Positions 30,969 to 32,000 of a stretch of 32,000 nt of DNA are shown in pieces. The position numbers were made by a program, and so were the translations under genes. Every line of letters starts with the position of its first letter. Position 1 is the stretch's first letter. Under the pieces are notes generated by a model. The model was given only the letters and a program-made list of their open reading frames with translations. It made no database searches and was not told the origin of the DNA. The stretch covers positions 1,440,001-1,472,000 of the forward strand of contig NC_005072.1 of NCBI RefSeq assembly GCF_000011465.1, given 5' to 3'. This DNA comes from Prochlorococcus marinus subsp. pastoris str. CCMP1986. GTDB taxonomy: Bacteria; Cyanobacteriota; Cyanobacteriia; PCC-6307; Cyanobiaceae.

Positions 30969-31475
30969 ATGGGCCAGACTCTTGTTTTAAATGCATCTTA
31001 TGAACCTTTAAACATTACTTCTTGGCGAAGAGCTGTAATTTTAATGATCAAAGGTAAAGCTGAAAGTTTAGAAGAAGATCAATCATATGCCATACATTCT
31101 GGGCAAAACCTTCCTACTGTTATTAGGCTTCGCTACTACGTTAAAGTTCCCTTCAGAGAAGTCGCACTTACAAGAAAAAATATACTTCTTAGAGACAATA
31201 ATTCATGTCAATATTGTAACCACAGAGGTAGTGATTTATCGATAGATCATGTTTTACCACGAAGCAGAGGTGGAACTGACAACTGGGAAAATGTAACAAC
31301 TGCATGCCTTAGATGTAATGTTCAAAAAGGTAATAGGACTCCCGAAGAAGCAAATATGCCTTTAAAACGAAAGCCATATCGTCCATTAAGTAATCTAAAT
31401 TTTGAAGCCACTAGACAAATAGACTCTGGAAAACATAAAGAATGGAGTAAATATGTGATTGGGTTAGCTGCTTAA
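30969..31475 (+). CDS. HNH endonuclease family protein (ORF track begins at 30918; MGQTLVLNASYEPL at 30969 is the more likely start)
   Basis: CQYCNHRGSDLSIDHVLPRSRGGTDNWENVTTACLRCNVQKGNRTPEEA is a canonical HNH with CxxC pairs; N-terminus LVLNASYEPLNITSWRRAVILMIKGKAE is conserved in this family. Confidence 0.9.
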   Translation: MGQTLVLNASYEPLNITSWRRAVILMIKGKAESLEEDQSYAIHSGQNLPTVIRLRYYVKVPFREVALTRKNILLRDNNSCQYCNHRGSDLSIDHVLPRSRGGTDNWENVTTACLRCNVQKGNRTPEEANMPLKRKPYRPLSNLNFEATRQIDSGKHKEWSKYVIGLAA

Positions 31476-31481
31476 AATTAA

Positions 31482-32000
31482 TTAATTTTCATTCTCATTA
31501 AAATCTTCTAGCATCCTTTTTTGTTCTTGTGCTAAACAAGCATAAATAACATCATCTAATTGTCCTGCCAGAATCGGCTCTAATGCAAAATTGGATCCCA
31601 ACCTATGATCAGTAGTTCTATTATCCTTAAAGTTATAAGTTCTAATTTTTTCGCTTCTATCTCCACTTCCAACTTGCATTAGCCTTTGTGACCTTTCCTT
31701 AGCATTAGCTTCTTTTAATTGAATCTCATATAACTTAGCTCTTAGAATTTCCATAGCTCGCTCACGATTTTGTAGCTGAGATCTTTCTTGTGTACAAAAT
31801 ACTCTGATACCTGTTGGCTTATGAATTAGATCAATAGCAGTCTCTACCTTATTAACATTTTGACCTCCAGCACCACCTGATCTAGCCGTACCAATTTCTA
31901 TCTCAGTTGGATCAATCTTAACTTCTACTGGATCAGCCTCAGGCATAACCGCAACTGTTGCAGTAGAAGTATGAACTCTGCCTTGAGATTCAGTTGCTGG
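31482..32000 (-). CDS. prfA: Peptide chain release factor 1, C-terminal part; gene continues off the right edge
   Basis: Frame stays open past the ORF-track start ([55 protein letters not shown]...), contains the GGQ motif and [23 protein letters not shown]. Confidence 0.95.
   Translation of the reverse strand, partial: PATESQGRVHTSTATVAVMPEADPVEVKIDPTEIEIGTARSGGAGGQNVNKVETAIDLIHKPTGIRVFCTQERSQLQNRERAMEILRAKLYEIQLKEANAKERSQRLMQVGSGDRSEKIRTYNFKDNRTTDHRLGSNFALEPILAGQLDDVIYACLAQEQKRMLEDFNENEN

Noticed and set aside
30918-31475. HNH endonuclease as a homing or defence nuclease
   Set aside because: It is a standalone gene between alr and prfA with no intron, intein or restriction partner, and its N-terminus matches a widespread conserved HNH family.
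1-32000. CRISPR array, long tandem repeats, rRNA operon or transposon ends
   Set aside because: Scanning the intergenic gaps showed none; coding density leaves little space and all longer gaps were read individually.

Overview
This window is a low-GC, gene-dense chromosomal segment that looks like a high-light Prochlorococcus. That assignment is inferred from protein content and gene order; no search was run. It is mostly conserved housekeeping and photosynthesis DNA: dapL (partial), rne, rnhB, a DUF1997-like gene, pheA, an Sll0418-like methyltransferase, a LON-domain gene, the str block (rpsL-rpsG-fusA-tuf-rpsJ on the minus strand), ferredoxin-dependent glutamate synthase, a YCII-like gene, lipA, psaL, psaI, a GT2 glycosyltransferase, psaB, psaA, a CbiG-CobJ fusion, a HAD hydrolase, tRNA-Ser(GCT), alr, an HNH endonuclease and prfA (partial). 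The supplied ORF track misses psaI (37 aa, 20235..20348 minus), the tRNA, and the two genes cut by the window edges (dapL, and the N-terminal part of prfA). I found no CRISPR array, prophage, transposon, defence island or convincing new system. The least ordinary stretch is about 16.86-19.55 kb. It holds a serine-recombinase-like protein that seems to lack canonical catalytic residues, preceded by an inverted repeat and followed by a small overlapping ORF, and then a head-to-head pair of beta-lactamase-fold hydrolase and NlpC/P60 peptidase genes. Smaller leads are hairpins inside the str operon, a symmetric element upstream of psaA, and an rne/rnhB overlap that covers the PNPase-binding peptide of RNase E.
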